DNA of 63,330 nucleotides, filler included, from Diploschistes diacapsis (Eukaryota), in the NCBI GenBank assembly GCA_023645945.1. It is 26 parts of 26 records of this genome, joined end to end, with 100 filler letters (N's around TTAATTAATTAA, not from the genome) between each part and the next. Parts side by side here need not be neighbours in the genome. Positions count along the whole stretch, not along the records: positions 1 to 18,106 come from JALAIB010000424.1; 25 more parts are not named here. One strand, 5' to 3'. Of this stretch, positions 1-13,500 are shown in pieces. Made by a program: the position numbers and the translations under genes. The notes beneath the pieces are model-generated. The model ran no database searches. It had not been told where the DNA came from and saw nothing but the letters and a program-made list of their open reading frames with translations. Each line of letters starts with the position of its first letter. Position 1 is the stretch's first letter.

Positions 1-79
1 ATATAAGAACTTGCATGTAGATTATTCCTTCTAGTAAGACCTCTAGATATCTAGACTTCAATACATGCGTTGCCCAAAA
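1..79 (+). mobile_element. 3' end of Copia LTR family A (RIP-mutated)
   Basis: ...ctagacttcaatacatgcgttgcccaaaa matches the end of the LTR at 58290-58509, which follows a Copia RNaseH relic and PPT. Confidence 0.7.
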
Positions 80-306
80 TTTATAATATAAATCGATTAT
101 TTAATTCTTCCGACGTTCTATTTTAATAAAAATTTCTCTTATATCTTTATCACGGCTTTTTAATTATTTTATTTTTACCGTTAAAAGATCAGCACGGTTA
201 TAAATATTATTCTATAATAATATCGTCCACGTAATAACTTCCGTTTTAATTAATAAAACATATTCTACTTTATATAACAATAAAAATGAAGTTTTCCCGT
301 AATAAC

Positions 307-908
307 TATTGAAAGTGGAAGTGGGGTGACTAAATAGGCAAGTAATAACTAGGGAAATAATGCTAAGTACAATAGTAATGTATTACTATTGTAGGAGGTA
401 ATGAATGAAGATGAAGATAGCGTTAGTAAAGGATGAGAGGTCTTTTATAGACACATTTCACCTAACTAACGTTTAATGCTTAATATACATTTAATCTCCG
501 ATAATGTTGGATTTATAATCCAACATCATGCGCCCCATAATCCAACATAATAGTGGATCTAATTTCCCCCTATCTCGTATCTATGGTCTTAGTATTATTA
601 GATTATTAATCCAATACTTGGATTAATGATCTGATGATCTAGACCATCTGCAATCCCACCTAGTAGTCTATAACTACTAGTAGGATGTTTGACTGTAGTT
701 AGTAGGATGTTCAACAGTTGTTAATGGCGTGTCCTGAAGGGTTAAAGAACCTTCAGGGTCCTACTAGTGTTAACTAGTCAGATAGACTAACCTATTTAGG
801 TTAATAATCTGACATATTGTATTACTGTAAGCTGCCTAGCATTTATTTCGGTTATTTTTCTTAGTCTTTATCGCCTAATTAGGGATCCCGACTTCCACTT
901 TTTTAACA
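307..908. mobile_element. LTR family B relics (307-814 forward; ~815-908 inverted fragment)
   Basis: Start (tg/ta)ttgaaagtggaagtgg..ctaaataggc and end cctatttaggtta..tctgaca are shared with 16856, 17017 and 53772-54174; AT-rich RIP pattern. Confidence 0.6.
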
Positions 909-1470
909 GCCACTGTATTTAGGAACCTACGCATTATCCATCTACTTTTAAATATCATCGGATATCTAATTTACGCTGAGTATCTTGGCGAAAGCGCTTT
1001 ACGTGAAAGGATACCGCGCACCTGGTGCATCTTACAGGCGTCGCGTATGTAGCACATGTCAGCTCCCTTCAAGATCTATGCTTATCAAATGAAGTATGCT
1101 AAGTTAGTAGGTAAAGTCCAGAAGACAGCAGTAGTACTTTCCTAGAAGCTTTCATAGTCTTTAAATGTGGGACCTCCAAAACACGATGCTTTCACCAGTA
1201 CACAATCCAAAGAATCTATTAATGTATCTGCATCTATAGGTCTATATGATTGTTCGGGTTTTACTACTCGAAACTGAACTTTGACACAATCTATATAAAA
1301 GTACATTGATTCTTATAGAGCGAATCCAGACCTTCGGTTTACAAAACGTGCCCAAGATCCCCCGCAATGTTCGAATTGGCTCTCTAGGCAACCTACGACT
1401 CACACTGGCAAAGACAATCGCATTTTGGAAGATCTGGATGACGTTCCGGTCCAGTCTCGGGATGCTGGAA

Positions 1471-3420
1471 TTAGGTCGGTGGTTTAACGCAACTCGGGGC
1501 TGCCGAATGTCTAGGCTTCGCGTATGTTGTCCAGGAAGGTTGAATGGCCGAAGAATATGTGCACCGCAGAGCGGACCAGGTAGAAGGCCACGCACAGTTC
1601 TCATCAGAGACATTATCCATTGTTCTCGGCTTCGAAGCGTCGGTGTCGCATGACGTTTGTTTTGAAGAGTCTCCACTATACGAACCTCGGGACTGAGATG
1701 GCTGTGGCCATTCTGAAGTCCTTGTGAACCCCGTCTTCGTGTTACTACTGTAGTGAGATTGGTCTGGCTTGCTGTTGTGACGGGGTTTCGGGAAAGCGTC
1801 GGGTTTGCTGTTGTCGCCAGACTTGTGGGAAGCGTCTGGCTTGGCGGTGCAGTCGGGTTTCTGGGAAGCGTCGTCGCATGATGTTTGTTTTGACGAGTCT
1901 CCACCATACGAAGCTCGGAACCGAGATGGCTGCGGCGACTCAGAAGTCCTTGTGTAGCCCACCTTCCCATTACTATCGCAGTTAGGGTGATCTGGCTTAC
2001 TGTTGCAGTCAGGTTTCTGGGAAGCGTCTTCACATGGTTGTTGTTTTGACGAGTCTTCACCGCACAGAGTTTGAAACTGTGATGGCTGAGGCCGCTCAGA
2101 CGTCCTTGTATAGGCCCTCTTCCAGTTCCTACTGCAGTGAGACTGTTCAGGCTTGTTGTTGCAGTCTGGTTTCTGAGGTATGTTGCTACAGTGAGGCTGC
2201 TCCGGGCTAATGTTGCAGCCGGGCTTCTTGGGTGTGCTGTTGCAGTGAGGTTGTTCCGGTTTAGTGTTGCAGTCTGGTTTCTGAGCTGATGTGGGGCGGT
2301 GAGGCTGTTCCGGGATAGTGTTGCTACCCAACTTCTTGGGTGTTCTGCTGCATTGAGGCTGTTCAGGGTTGCTGTTGCAGTCCGGCTTCTGGGGCGTGCT
2401 GCTACAGTGCGGCTGGCTAGGCTGTCGGTTGCAGTCTGGCTTCTGAGGCCTATTGCTGCAGTGCGGCTGGTTGGGCTTGCTATTACAGTCTGGTTTCTGA
2501 AAAGTACTGCTGCCCTGTGGCTGATCCGGCTCGCTGTTGAAGTCTGGCTGCTGGGGCGTGTTACTGCAGTGCGGCTGATCCGACTTGCCGCTACATTCCG
2601 GCTTCGGAGCCTCGCTGCTAGAAGGTTCTTGGGGCTTGCTGCTTGAGGATTTGGGTGGCTTGCTAAACTTAGGAAATTCGCTGGTTTCGGAGTCACTGCT
2701 AGGTGTAGGAACATCGCTAGATCTATGAGTCTCAATGGTCTTAGGAGCCTTGGTGGTTTTCTCAGTAGGTTTCTCAATGGTCTTCTCCCAAGATTTGGAA
2801 GGCTCGGTTGTTCGCTCACTGGTCTTCTCCGTTGCTTTGGGTTTAGGTTCCTCTGTTTTCTTCTCCGTAGTCTTGTGTTCCTCGGTTTTCTTCTCAGCGG
2901 TTTTGGTTTCGTCACTCTCATGAGTCTGGGTATGAGTTGCGATACCAACCCCTTCAACAATCTTGGTCACAGTCTCAACAACGGCCTCAATGGTCTTGGA
3001 TACATCACGGTCGGCAGTCTGAGTATGAGTTGCGTTACCAACCCCTTCAACAATCTTGGTCACGGTCTTGACAACGGCCTCAATGGTCTTGGATACATCA
3101 CGGTCGGCAGTCTGAGTTTTCCAGTCGCTATAGCAACTACATGCCAATAAAATACGGACTCCGTCTTTAAGGCAATTTGAATTTGTTGTCGATCCCTTGT
3201 TGTCGCAGTAGTATGCTGCTACGTCCACATTGTCCTTCATCGCCTGATAGCAAGCTAAGCGAAATCAGATTTGAGTGAGTTGTTTTTCATGTGGAATTCT
3301 GGAAAACTGACCGTCAACTGCATCGCAGTCCGCGGCACGGTGCATGAGATTCAGAAGGGTCCATGCTTCGTATGCCTGGACAGAAATGGCCCCAACAAGC
3401 GATAAAAGCAGGACACGCAT
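1471..3420 (-). CDS. Secreted Cys/Pro/Gln/Lys-rich tandem-repeat protein (2 exons; 3' end possibly RIP-truncated)
   Basis: ATG 3420 gives signal peptide MRVLLLSLVGAISVQA. A GT-AG intron 3255-3311 joins it in frame (DCDAVD/ACYQAMKD) to the 589-aa ORF. Has a 6-Cys N-domain ending CSC, two 31-aa repeats and many 18-aa QKPDCNxxPxQPHCSxxP repeats. Confidence 0.75.
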
Positions 3421-4789
3421 TTTGGAGACGTTCAGAACGACCGTCCAAGTGCAGGTCAAATGCAAGACTTAAGTCAAAGTAAAAGGAATGAGAGTGGTTG
3501 CTGGAGAGAGAAGAGGCTCAGGATCAAGTAGAGTCTAAATAGACACTTTTGAGCAGATATGCTACCGACACGATGCAGACCATCGGTTAAAAGATTCACA
3601 TCAATTTGGCCTATGGTCGGGGTCGATCTAGCAACCGCTGGATCCCATGGAGTTTCTAGCGGACAACATTCCGTTGAAATATAACATGCTGTGGATCGCT
3701 GTTCTAACAGAAAACATGATGCGTCTTGTGCAATGTCATTTTCTGGGCTACATTCGGCACAGGTAACGGTTGATCAGACGGCTGCAGACAAACATGTTTT
3801 TCAGATTCAGAAGTTTAGGGGTTCACACTTGAACAAAGCAAGGATTGTCCTCTTAACCGTCTCTGATTCATGAGACGATGGGATTGCGCATATCTGATTT
3901 TATTACCTCCCCTCCGGCTATAGAATATGAAGCTAAGAAAGGAGAATCAGCATATGAAGGTGTACGATTTGGTACTACTAATCCAAGCTGGGGTTTTAAG
4001 CATGCGCAACGCAACGACTTCGAGGCAGGCTTATGGACCGACAGTGCTTCAAGTGAGGCTTTTGGATATCTATGGTAAGGGGATCTGATGAACTAGAGAC
4101 CGGTGCTGTGTTGAGGCGGGAAACCATCAGAGATTTCCATCCCAGGGCTTCTCACATAGAACCATGGCTCAGGCTTCGTATCGGCTTCAGACGTTTGGGT
4201 CTCTTTTCTCTGGTTTCAAGTTCGTATATCTCCTTGTTGATGCCAGGTATTTTCATCAACCACGAGTAGTATTAAGAGCGGGTTTAGATTAGTGGACCTA
4301 AGTACAATGTAGTTGTTTTACCTTTAGTGCAGGCAGCAAGCAGACCGGCAACATTAAAGAGTGACGTACTATCTTCCTGCGCGCACTGAGTGACTATAGA
4401 GCCCCTCGTTACTTCAAGGACTACGATATGCTGCCGCGAGCCCTGTAATTAACCAGGTGTAGAGTTGCTCGATTAACGAGACAGAAGCCATCTCTGACGT
4501 TAGCTTGGATTTTTGAATGCAAGGCGAGCGGTGAAGATACCTTGGGTCTTGGGCAGTTCGCAGCACCGTATTCGAGGCTGTGGGTAGAGAACACGTCCAA
4601 AATTTAGGCCTCGCTGCTGAGGAGTTCATTCTGTACCCAAGGATGCCAAAATGTGAAAGCTAGCCCGAGGATGTTGATGGTTTCTGAGTCGATATTTCCA
4701 TGGTTCCTGAAATGCCATGCGACAATATGCGTCTATTCATTCCAATGTCTTGTTCCTCGACGAATAACCCACCGTCGATCAGACCATGA

Positions 4790-6114
4790 TCAGCCTTTGG
4801 GTCTCTGTACGCGAGGCTGCGATCGCCTCACACCAGCTGAAATCACCATCCATTGCGATTCTCTAGGATCGTATGCTGCACGAACATCCAGCACACAGAA
4901 TCCTTTTGGACCACATAATTCCACTAGTCCGCTTACGATGATGGTACCTCGAGGAGGCTCGAAACTCATACCTTTTTTCCAATTCTTAGCTAAGGTCGCT
5001 TTCAGAGCCTTCGAGGCGGTCGCGTAGTCTTCACCTGGCAAGGGCACCGCTGGAACCCATTTAGACCATGAAGTTTGACTGTGGATGGAGGACGATGCGG
5101 TGTTTGAGCTCGAATTCTTCTGGCTGGTCGGCTTTGCCTCACCTTCTGGCTGTGGAAGAGCAAATCCTGGTGGGAACCGCTTCGGAGCGGGTTCTATATC
5201 GAGAGTTTTTCGAATTTTCCCAATACTATTATCCCACAATAACCTATAGCTATCCCATAACGCATGGAGAACTGGCATAGGTGAGAGAACATTTTCCAGA
5301 CGCGCCACATTGATGGCGTCAACAGGTCGACTAACCCATGCAACATATTCATTGGTTATCTCGATTCTGTTTCCTTTAACATCGGATTGTTGCAGTAAGA
5401 TTGGTTCGGACTCACCCCCATTGTTCGTACTCTTGTGGCGGACCGTAGGGGAAGTCTACATCGAGCCAGATTTTCTTTGCAGAAATGGGAGTGCCGAGAA
5501 TCCTTTGCAGCCGTTTGTCGTTACTAACATGGGCGTGAACTATCGCAGCCAGCTCACCTATAGACACTGTGAGTCGGAAATCCTAGGCATCACGGGTGAT
5601 ACATACTTCGAACGAGACGCCCGCGCTCCTCATTTTTAGCAAACTCCGTGAAGCTTCTCCATTCCGGGTCTGAACCCCTGTAGTACTCTCTTGGTTTCCT
5701 TTGCGGCCACCCCACTGGTATGAACCAGGCGTCATCGGGCTGCTCGTCTGGGACAATGTCCTCTTCTTCATCCGGCACCTCCTCGGCTTCGGCTTCATTT
5801 GCTTCTAATCCTACTTCGCCCTCGGGTCCGAGCTTTTCTCCCTCTCTAACCTTCTTCACTTGCCGCAAGGCTTCTTTTACCTGGCTGGATTTGGTTTGCT
5901 CTTCGTCCTCGTCGAGAAGAGACCCCAGCTTTGACAAAAGTATTGCGGTCATCGTCGTGCAAAATAGAGTGTACTTGAGCCTTCGGATGGTAAAGATCGG
6001 CTTGACAATGTGCACACGGCGTACGCGAAACGTACCATCATGGTCCGGTATGGAGCTGTAAGACCGGAGACAGCGACGAGGAATGCTGAGTAGGGCTCTC
6101 GGATTTCGAACCAT
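4790..6114 (-). CDS. Conserved fungal hypothetical protein, probable mitochondrial presequence plus one TM segment (3 exons)
   Basis: ORFs 5590-6114 and 4790-5308 are joined via introns 5558-5606 (GTATGT..TAG) and ~5369-5415 (GTGAGT..CAG). Arg-rich N-terminus; motifs WFIPVGWP..YRGSDPEW and PPRGTIIVSGLVE..AAYDP. Confidence 0.75.
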
Positions 6115-6767
6115 GTTTCAATGCCAGGCAAGTCAGCTTTGACTGATGAGCGCCATAAAGTTTAGGAGGAAATGAAGGTTTTCTCGACCGACCGTAGATA
6201 CGGTGCGTAATAACGTTTTTTACGGAAGGTACATGTAGTCCATTTAAATTTTTATGTGAGATACTGTCTCGGCCCGCACATCGGGTCCCGGTTATTCTGA
6301 CCGTTATCTTGGCAGTATGCAAAATCGGTTATACACGTAATATGCGGCAGAAACTAATAGTGCCCGCAGTTAGTGGCTGGAATAGCAAGAAGGTTAATAC
6401 TTAGATTTTAAGCGTTTTTGCAGCGTGATGAGTTGGTTGAGATAAAATGGAGTATCGAAGATAAAGAATTTTAAAGATTATAATCTAGTTTAAATATATA
6501 TAGGTGCTTTAATTCCTATGAGATATATATAATAAATTTAAGTAGCGTTGTATTGTCGATGTAACTGAGCTTAGTGTCTGTAATCTACCAAAATTAACGG
6601 TCATAATAACCGCTGCCACAAATCGTTCTTTCTCGGCTTTTGAATGGGCCGAATCTTGGTTGGCGCTGGGAATGTGTTAGGTTAGAGTGGCGCAGGGACC
6701 AGTTCCAATAGTTCTACCACATCACTGCTAACCTCGATAATCAATCTATTTTCCTCTTCATACAGTA

Positions 6768-8249
6768 ATGACAAAGATGAGGTTGCTGGCAGCTGCTCTT
6801 ACAGCCTGTGCAGTCGCTTCAGCATCTGCATCCCTTGAGGCAGCAGTATACGTCCTTGACTCGGACTTGGCGCCCAGCTACAGAGGACCATCAATAACAA
6901 CGCAGAATGCGCAACTTTGGCTCGCCTACCGCTTGGGCCTCTCCTCCTTTTACAGCGTCAGTGAAGCAGATGATGAGACATTCTCGCTCCTCAATCGGTT
7001 CGGGGATGAAGCACAAGCAACCCTTTTCACACCTTCAGAACCAAATCCCCGGAAGCTGGTTGTAGTTGAAGGAGTTGAAAATCCACAAGGTAGCTACTCT
7101 GTCAACACTCCTGCGGCACGCTCTTACCTTATCAAGCTTTCTTCAGGGACGAGAAACTTATTCCAGCTTTTCATATTTCCCTCGAGCCTTCATCTTTCGA
7201 AACCGCGCACGTCATCACCAGTCTTCTAAGCCAGGACAGGTTTCGCCGTGGTGCCCATCAACAATGCATAAAGTCTTCTTTAAAAGATAGCGAAGCTGCG
7301 ATATGGGGCGGTTTTAGTACGAACGATGTAAGTGATCACGGCATACAAAACGATATTCGGCAAACCTAAGGATTCTAGCCAGTAGGGACGTGCACGTTTT
7401 CGACGGATGCCGCAGATAGTTATCAAGAATCCAACTTTGAAGAGCTGAAAGTTGTTCGTGGTGGTATTCCAGAAATGATGGATGTCTACCGATCCAAAGG
7501 CTTGCCGCCATCCGTAACGTCTGATTATACCAGCATTCTCCACGTTTCAATTCTTAACGTAAGATCCAACCAAGCTTGTGGGTGCTCTGCGTTGACTCCA
7601 GCAGAGAATAACTCAGCGAGATGGGATGAATATCTCCATTCATCACAAAGCTGCAGCTGAATTGAAAAGAATGGTGTTATCACGAGATTACCGGCAGCAA
7701 ACCACAATAATATGCTTCCCATCATCAACACACAACGTGAAGCGCAGTGTGAGCAACGACGAGCCTTCTGAGTTCCTACCAGTGGTGGATCTTCGGAAGG
7801 AACAGCCTCTCTCGAGATTGGCATCCACTGCGACTTCGCAGCAAGCGCAATCAGCAAAACCATCCAATTCTACGGTCCCGAAGACCACGATTCCATCGTG
7901 CTACTCGAACGAGGCCGCCTGCTTATCTAGCACTGCCAACTGCGCCGGTCATGGAGCTTGCCGGAAGAAATATACCGAGAAAGTCTCGAAGGACGAGGAA
8001 GGCCCCGAGTGCTGGGCTTGTCTATGTGAGCCAATGAAAATCCTAACTGGAGACCGAGTCAAAACTATATACTGGGGAGGTCCAGCATGTCAGAAGAAAG
8101 ACATCAGCGTTCCGTTCCTTTTGTTTGCTGGCTTTACAGTCGCAGCTCTAACTGCGATATCGTCTGCGATTGGTCTTTTGTACAGCGTTGGGGAAGAGGA
8201 CTTGCCAAGCGTTCTTGGAGCTGGTGTGGCTCCTACTGTACGAAGGTAG
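6768..8249 (+). CDS. Vps3844/DUF3844-family type-I membrane protein (3 exons)
   Basis: Signal peptide; RLGLSSFY motif; C-terminal EGF-like C..C.GHG.C..C.C..WGGPACQKKDIS, TM helix and LPSVLGAGV tail; introns ~7090-7146 and ~7559-7604. Confidence 0.85.
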
Positions 8250-9069
8250 ATGGTTATTACATGTTTACACATATTGAGTGAGGCGTTTGGAGTTGCTCGA
8301 AACTAAACGGTATCTGGAGGCTTCCTACACTTTGTGAACGAAGCGGAACGCATTGTAGCCAGCGCACCCATCAAGTATCTACCTTGTATCAGTTATCTTA
8401 TATTCTATATACGTGGCATTCATTCGATGCTCTGTTCAATGCTACTCTAGTTATACATACATTGTGCGGATCTCTACACGTTTGAACTTCAGGATTGCGA
8501 CATTCTCCACGATACAATCCGGACATAATAAAGCTGTATAATCCAGATAAATCGGTGAACTCCCGTCAGACCTAGGGGTCGCAGAGAAGGGAAAGATAGA
8601 TAAATCGATAGACGAACACTACTCAGTAGGCCCCACGAGAATGAGTAACGAAAGCTTCGAGGTGAGGTGATGCATACAGCTTTGAAAGAGGCCAATGCGC
8701 TTAAAGCCAACGGCAGAAATTAGGGCTTGAAGGGAATGGAAGCAATCATCAAAAAAGGATCCAGTTATCTTTGAATGAACAAAATATAGTTACCACAAAC
8801 AGCGAGGAGTTTAGGGACAATTACCAAACCAGGTAGCTCATGCAATCGTGAAGTACTCAATGCTTTCTGCATCCTTCAAAGACTGCATGCCATGACTTCA
8901 AACCGAACGGCAGCTGTGAGGTATCTACCTAACAAAGCACCCCGTCATATTGTAGGAGCTACCTGAGGCTATTGGAAGCATGAAAGCTTCCAAGTTATTC
9001 AACAGTCGATATGAACGCCCTTGGGAGATACACCGCTTAATCCGAAATGATCTTCCAGCCCAAGAAAGC

Positions 9070-9945
9070 TCATAAGTAGGAGCCCCTCGAGAATTTGGTA
9101 CCAAAATCAGCAGCCTTGCTTTTCAGTTCCCTTCGCTGGGCAGTGGTCATTATACTCCCTCCAATGTCCTTTTCTCTATCGAAAGCTCGTTGACTTGGAT
9201 CGTCTTCTGCCGGGCTGTCGGATTTCTGATGCTGGTCATAAAGAGATGGGACACGGTATTTTTCCTTTGAATCAATCAACGACCGAGGTTCGCGTAGATA
9301 ATGCAAACTCACGTTGTATTCCTCAATCTTTCTGTCTGTCTCTTTAGCTTCTGATCGAGTTCCCGTAGTCTTCTTCTTGATCTGATCCAATGATGCTGGC
9401 TTCGCCATTCCCATGACTTCGTCCTGCAGCCTCTGCCGTTTTTGCTCAGGCGTTTCTGTCCACAGGGTTCCTAGCTCAGATGGCGCTTGAGCAGACGCAC
9501 GTGCTCCCTTTCCCGTGTTGAAACGACGACTTTTCAACTTGGTTGGGTCCACCTTTGTTGAAGAATCTCCGCTGGTTCGTGGAGCCAGCATCCATTCGTC
9601 CCTCTGCAGGGTTTTCGTGGGTTGCTCGGGAATAGCATTCCGCAATGGTATGTCTAATGATACCTCTGGCGGGGAGGTGCTTTCATTTGATTGTGGAGCA
9701 GGAGCGGGTCCGAAATCATCGTCGCTGTCGCTCCCTTCTCGTGCTTCAGTCTCCATCACAGGACTGATCGGCTTCTCATCCAGGGGCGCGGGGGGCGGAG
9801 CTGGACCAAGGACACGTCTTCGTTTCACTCCGCTACTAGTGCTCGAAGAACGCGACTGGTTCCTAGATTCAGAGTGGGCGTCATCCTCGTCTTCTCGTTT
9901 TCTTTTAGATAATAGATGAGGCAAGGTCGGTCCGATAGGTGCCAT
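9070..9945 (-). CDS. GPALPP-motif protein 1 / DUF3752 family
   Basis: IGPTLP, GPAPPP, RDEWML, LWTETP, RAFDREKD and FSRGSYL motifs; in-frame 48-nt intron 9265-9312 (GTGAGT..AAG). Confidence 0.85.
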   Translation of the reverse strand: MAPIGPTLPHLLSKRKREDEDDAHSESRNQSRSSSTSSGVKRRRVLGPAPPPAPLDEKPISPVMETEAREGSDSDDDFGPAPAPQSNESTSPPEVSLDIPLRNAIPEQPTKTLQRDEWMLAPRTSGDSSTKVDPTKLKSRRFNTGKGARASAQAPSELGTLWTETPEQKRQRLQDEVMGMAKPASLDQIKKKTTGTRSEAKETDRKIEEYNVSLHYLREPRSLIDSKEKYRVPSLYDQHQKSDSPAEDDPSQRAFDREKDIGGSIMTTAQRRELKSKAADFGTKFSRGSYL

Positions 9946-10508
9946 TTCGGCAGAGAGAGCCGTACAGAAGAGGACGAACGAGCCGATAAATGCTTCAGCT
10001 ATATCTGTGTGGGGATTTCAAAGCATCTATGTTGGTAATCTCTGCTGGATTTGAGATTTCGGATCCTAGGTAATGTTCTGCAACTTCCAGCGCAGTCCAA
10101 TTGTTAGCATGCCCCACTTTCCGCCTCAAGTTGCCGCTAAATTTAAGCTAAAAATGTTCTAACAGTTTGACTGCACTAAAAGGTTATATAGTACGCTCCA
10201 TATGCTTGACGGAAACAGCAGGCAACAAAAGCTATGACAACAGATACATCTCTGAGAAGTCGTTGAATGCCTCGATGTCGTCAACATAACGTGCAATTAG
10301 TGACGTCTCCTTCTCGTGGATGTCACCGAGCGCAGGCGTTCCTCGTAAGCTCAACATCAGCCCTTAGCATTGGCAAACCATTGACTATTACAAGCTTGTA
10401 CGTACCATATGTTATCGCGATAAGTTGTACAGCCACCACATCGACAAACGCTATCGGAGCTTTTGCTTCGAACAGTTCGCAAGATATGTCTTCCCCTAGA
10501 CGAGTCCG

Positions 10509-13500
10509 ATGAACACCGACGATAATGTGACCGACCTAGGTCCTGAAGAAACTGCGCACGAGAATGAGGAGGACGGGGTGAGCGAGGAGCAGCTGTTCGA
10601 GAACTACGAGGATGAAATAAACGTGCCCACTGATGCGAAGGGAGCAAGCACTGGAGCCGATTCGCATGTGAGGCGTGATCCCCCGGACATCGATGCAGTA
10701 GAGGCCAGTAGTATTGGCACAGGCGAAACGTGGCAGAGTATTGGAACGCCCAAAGCCGCAAGGCTTCCGAGTTCTGGAGGTTCCACCCCTGACAAGACGT
10801 CATTTTTTCAGGTAACGAGGCATTGTAGCTCCTTGTTCAGCGCTCACCGTCATAGGATTCCACACTATCTTCCCCGAGCCGACAGTCACGTATAAGAAGC
10901 CCGAATCCTTCCCTGCGACCTTTTGATCGAAGGTTCAAAGCTAGGCTTCTGACTCCTCTAAATTCACCTCGCCCTGCTTCGCTCGCCTTTTTGACAGGTC
11001 GCTCGCGACAATCATCCGCACTGAGTCAACCAGTCCTTGGGAATGACGACTATGATTCTTCTCAAACACCTTGGGACGTCGCTAACTGGACGAAACTGGG
11101 AAAGCTCTCCGGCGAGGTCTTCTCTGAAATAGGCAAGAGAAGCTATGGACGGCCAACTTGTATTGCTGTGGCTTCTTTGATAGCCATTGGCACTTCGAAG
11201 GGCCTGGTCTTAATTTTCGATAACCACCAAGTTCTGAAGGCTACGATTGGGGTGGGTACGAAAGCAGCAGAAAGTGGTCCTGTGACCTCCGTTGCTCTCT
11301 CCGCGGATGTCTCATCCGTTGCCAGCGGGCACGCTAATGGCAACATCCTCACATGGGACATTGCCAAACCTGCAAGGCCGTTCCTGCAGATCCTGTCTGC
11401 AGACAACAGTCAATTACAAGCTGTGAAAGTGGATGCACATGTCATAGATTGTGCGGTTCTTCATCTTGGCTTCCTTGGAACGAGGCATACGGCGCTGGTA
11501 TCTGCGGATGAAAAAGGAATGGCTTTTTCACACCTGGCTTCCAGAGGGCTAGGAGCGATTGCCCGAACAGTAAAAACTTCCAGGATTCTCGGCCGGTACC
11601 CGGAACCAGGACTTGCGCCAGCAAGACCCAGAAAGCCAAGCTCCGTGCTTGCTTTTGCATCTTTGCCATTAGGGAACCTTGAATCCATAACTGATAGTCT
11701 AGGCTTGGTAGCGATGTTGACTCCCTACCTCCTGGTCGTCGTTTCTACAACCCCGGTTGCCCAAACCCAGCACAAGGCTGCGCGATCTAAAGAGCTCGCC
11801 GCGCATGGTGCGATGACAGCTGCACTTGCTTGGTATCCCGCGATGAAAGCCAAGAACATTTCTTTTAGAGCTAAACTCGCTTATTGTTGGCTCAATATAG
11901 TAACAATCCTCGAGCTTGAGGAAGTTCGGCCCGAAGAGGGCGCCGAAAAGGATAACCCGGTCGATCTTCGCTTCACTTTTTATCGGAAATGGCAAGCGGA
12001 TGAGTCGATAGTTGCACTGCAATGGCTCAACAGATCGGTCTTGGCAATGCTAACTGTATCCCAACAGCTTATCATTCTGGAAGACGAGAGCCTCTCGGTG
12101 ATAGACTCTTCTGATCTTATAAAAAAGCACGTCTACCACGTCGATTTATTTTCGCAACAACTAGGTCAGATGATCGAGAATCCGGACGAGGAGAACATGG
12201 CCATGCATGGGGTTGTTGCGGATGCCTTCTTCATGAGTTTCAAAGCTTACAAAGGGCGCTTGTTCTTACTCGGCTTTAAGGATGTATCCGTGGGCACTTT
12301 ATCCAACTGGGCCGATCGGCTGCTGGCCCTCATGGAGCAAGGCGATTTCATCGGTGCCATTCAGATAGCGACTTCATACTACGCTGGGGGACCGGGCAAT
12401 GCAGCTTTAGGCTTGCCAATCAACGAAACCGGCCGTCATGACCTTGTCCGCGGAAAGTTGGTCGAGATGATGGCAGCATCACTCCGGTATGCTTTTGGAA
12501 GGAAGCCTAATGCGGATACTGCGAGAGTCTCTTCCTCGCAACTAGAGCATCTAGCACAGGCATGCTTCGTCGCATGTCAAAAGCTTGAAGATCTGGACTT
12601 CCTCTTTGAAGAGGTGTATGCCTGGTATTCAGACCACGGATTTCAAACTCTTTTCTTCCTGATTCTAGCAAGTTACGTTTCAACCGGTGAGATCCAAACC
12701 ATTCCGCCCTCCGTTTTGAAAGACCTCGTCAACGACTTCATCGAAAGAGGTCACAGCGCCCGTTTGGAGGAGATTCTGTGCCTATTGAACCCAGCAACAA
12801 TGGATTTGGACCAAGTCCATACATTGTGCAAAGACTTCCAGCTTTATGACGCCTTGTTCTATATCTGGAGTCAAGCAGTTGGCGACTATGTGACCGCCCT
12901 CAGAGATTTACTAGACCTCTCGAGTGTGAACACCGGGACAATCACTCCTCGACAGACCGAGTATGGACACACTTCGAAAATCTTCACCTACTTGTCTTAT
13001 ACTCTGACTGGCCGGGTGTATCCGGCTGGAAATGCGCTGCCAGACGATACGGCTCTGAAAGCCAAGGCCGATGTGTACAGTTTTCTCTTCTCCGGCTCTG
13101 TGGGAGAAACAGAAAGCCCAGATCCTTTTCAGTATCTACGCATACTTCTGGGCCTAGACACATCAAGCTTCATGAGTATGCTTAATGAGGCTTTCGAGGA
13201 TAGTTTTCTCGACGAAGCGTCAGAAGCAGTCCAAGATCAGAAAGGCCTTACCGAAGACCAAAAGTTCGGAGTCTCACTCACTCGACAGTTTGTGATACGC
13301 ATCCTGCTTGATATCCTAGTACCTCCTGGTTACGAGCCAGAAGACATCATCTACCTAGACATGTTCATTGCTAGAAATCAGCCAAAATATCCTCAATACA
13401 TCCGTCTGCCGGGCAGTGTTCTTGAACGAGTTCTGCTCGAGCTTTGCGAATATCCCAGCAAGGACATCGCAGATGATTGTCAGTTAAGTTTAGAATACTT

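Noticed and set aside
1242..2960. 572-aa overlapping ORF in an alternative frame of the repeat-protein gene
   Set aside because: Non-ATG start, Arg/Leu/Thr shadow composition; stop-free because of the repeat codon pattern
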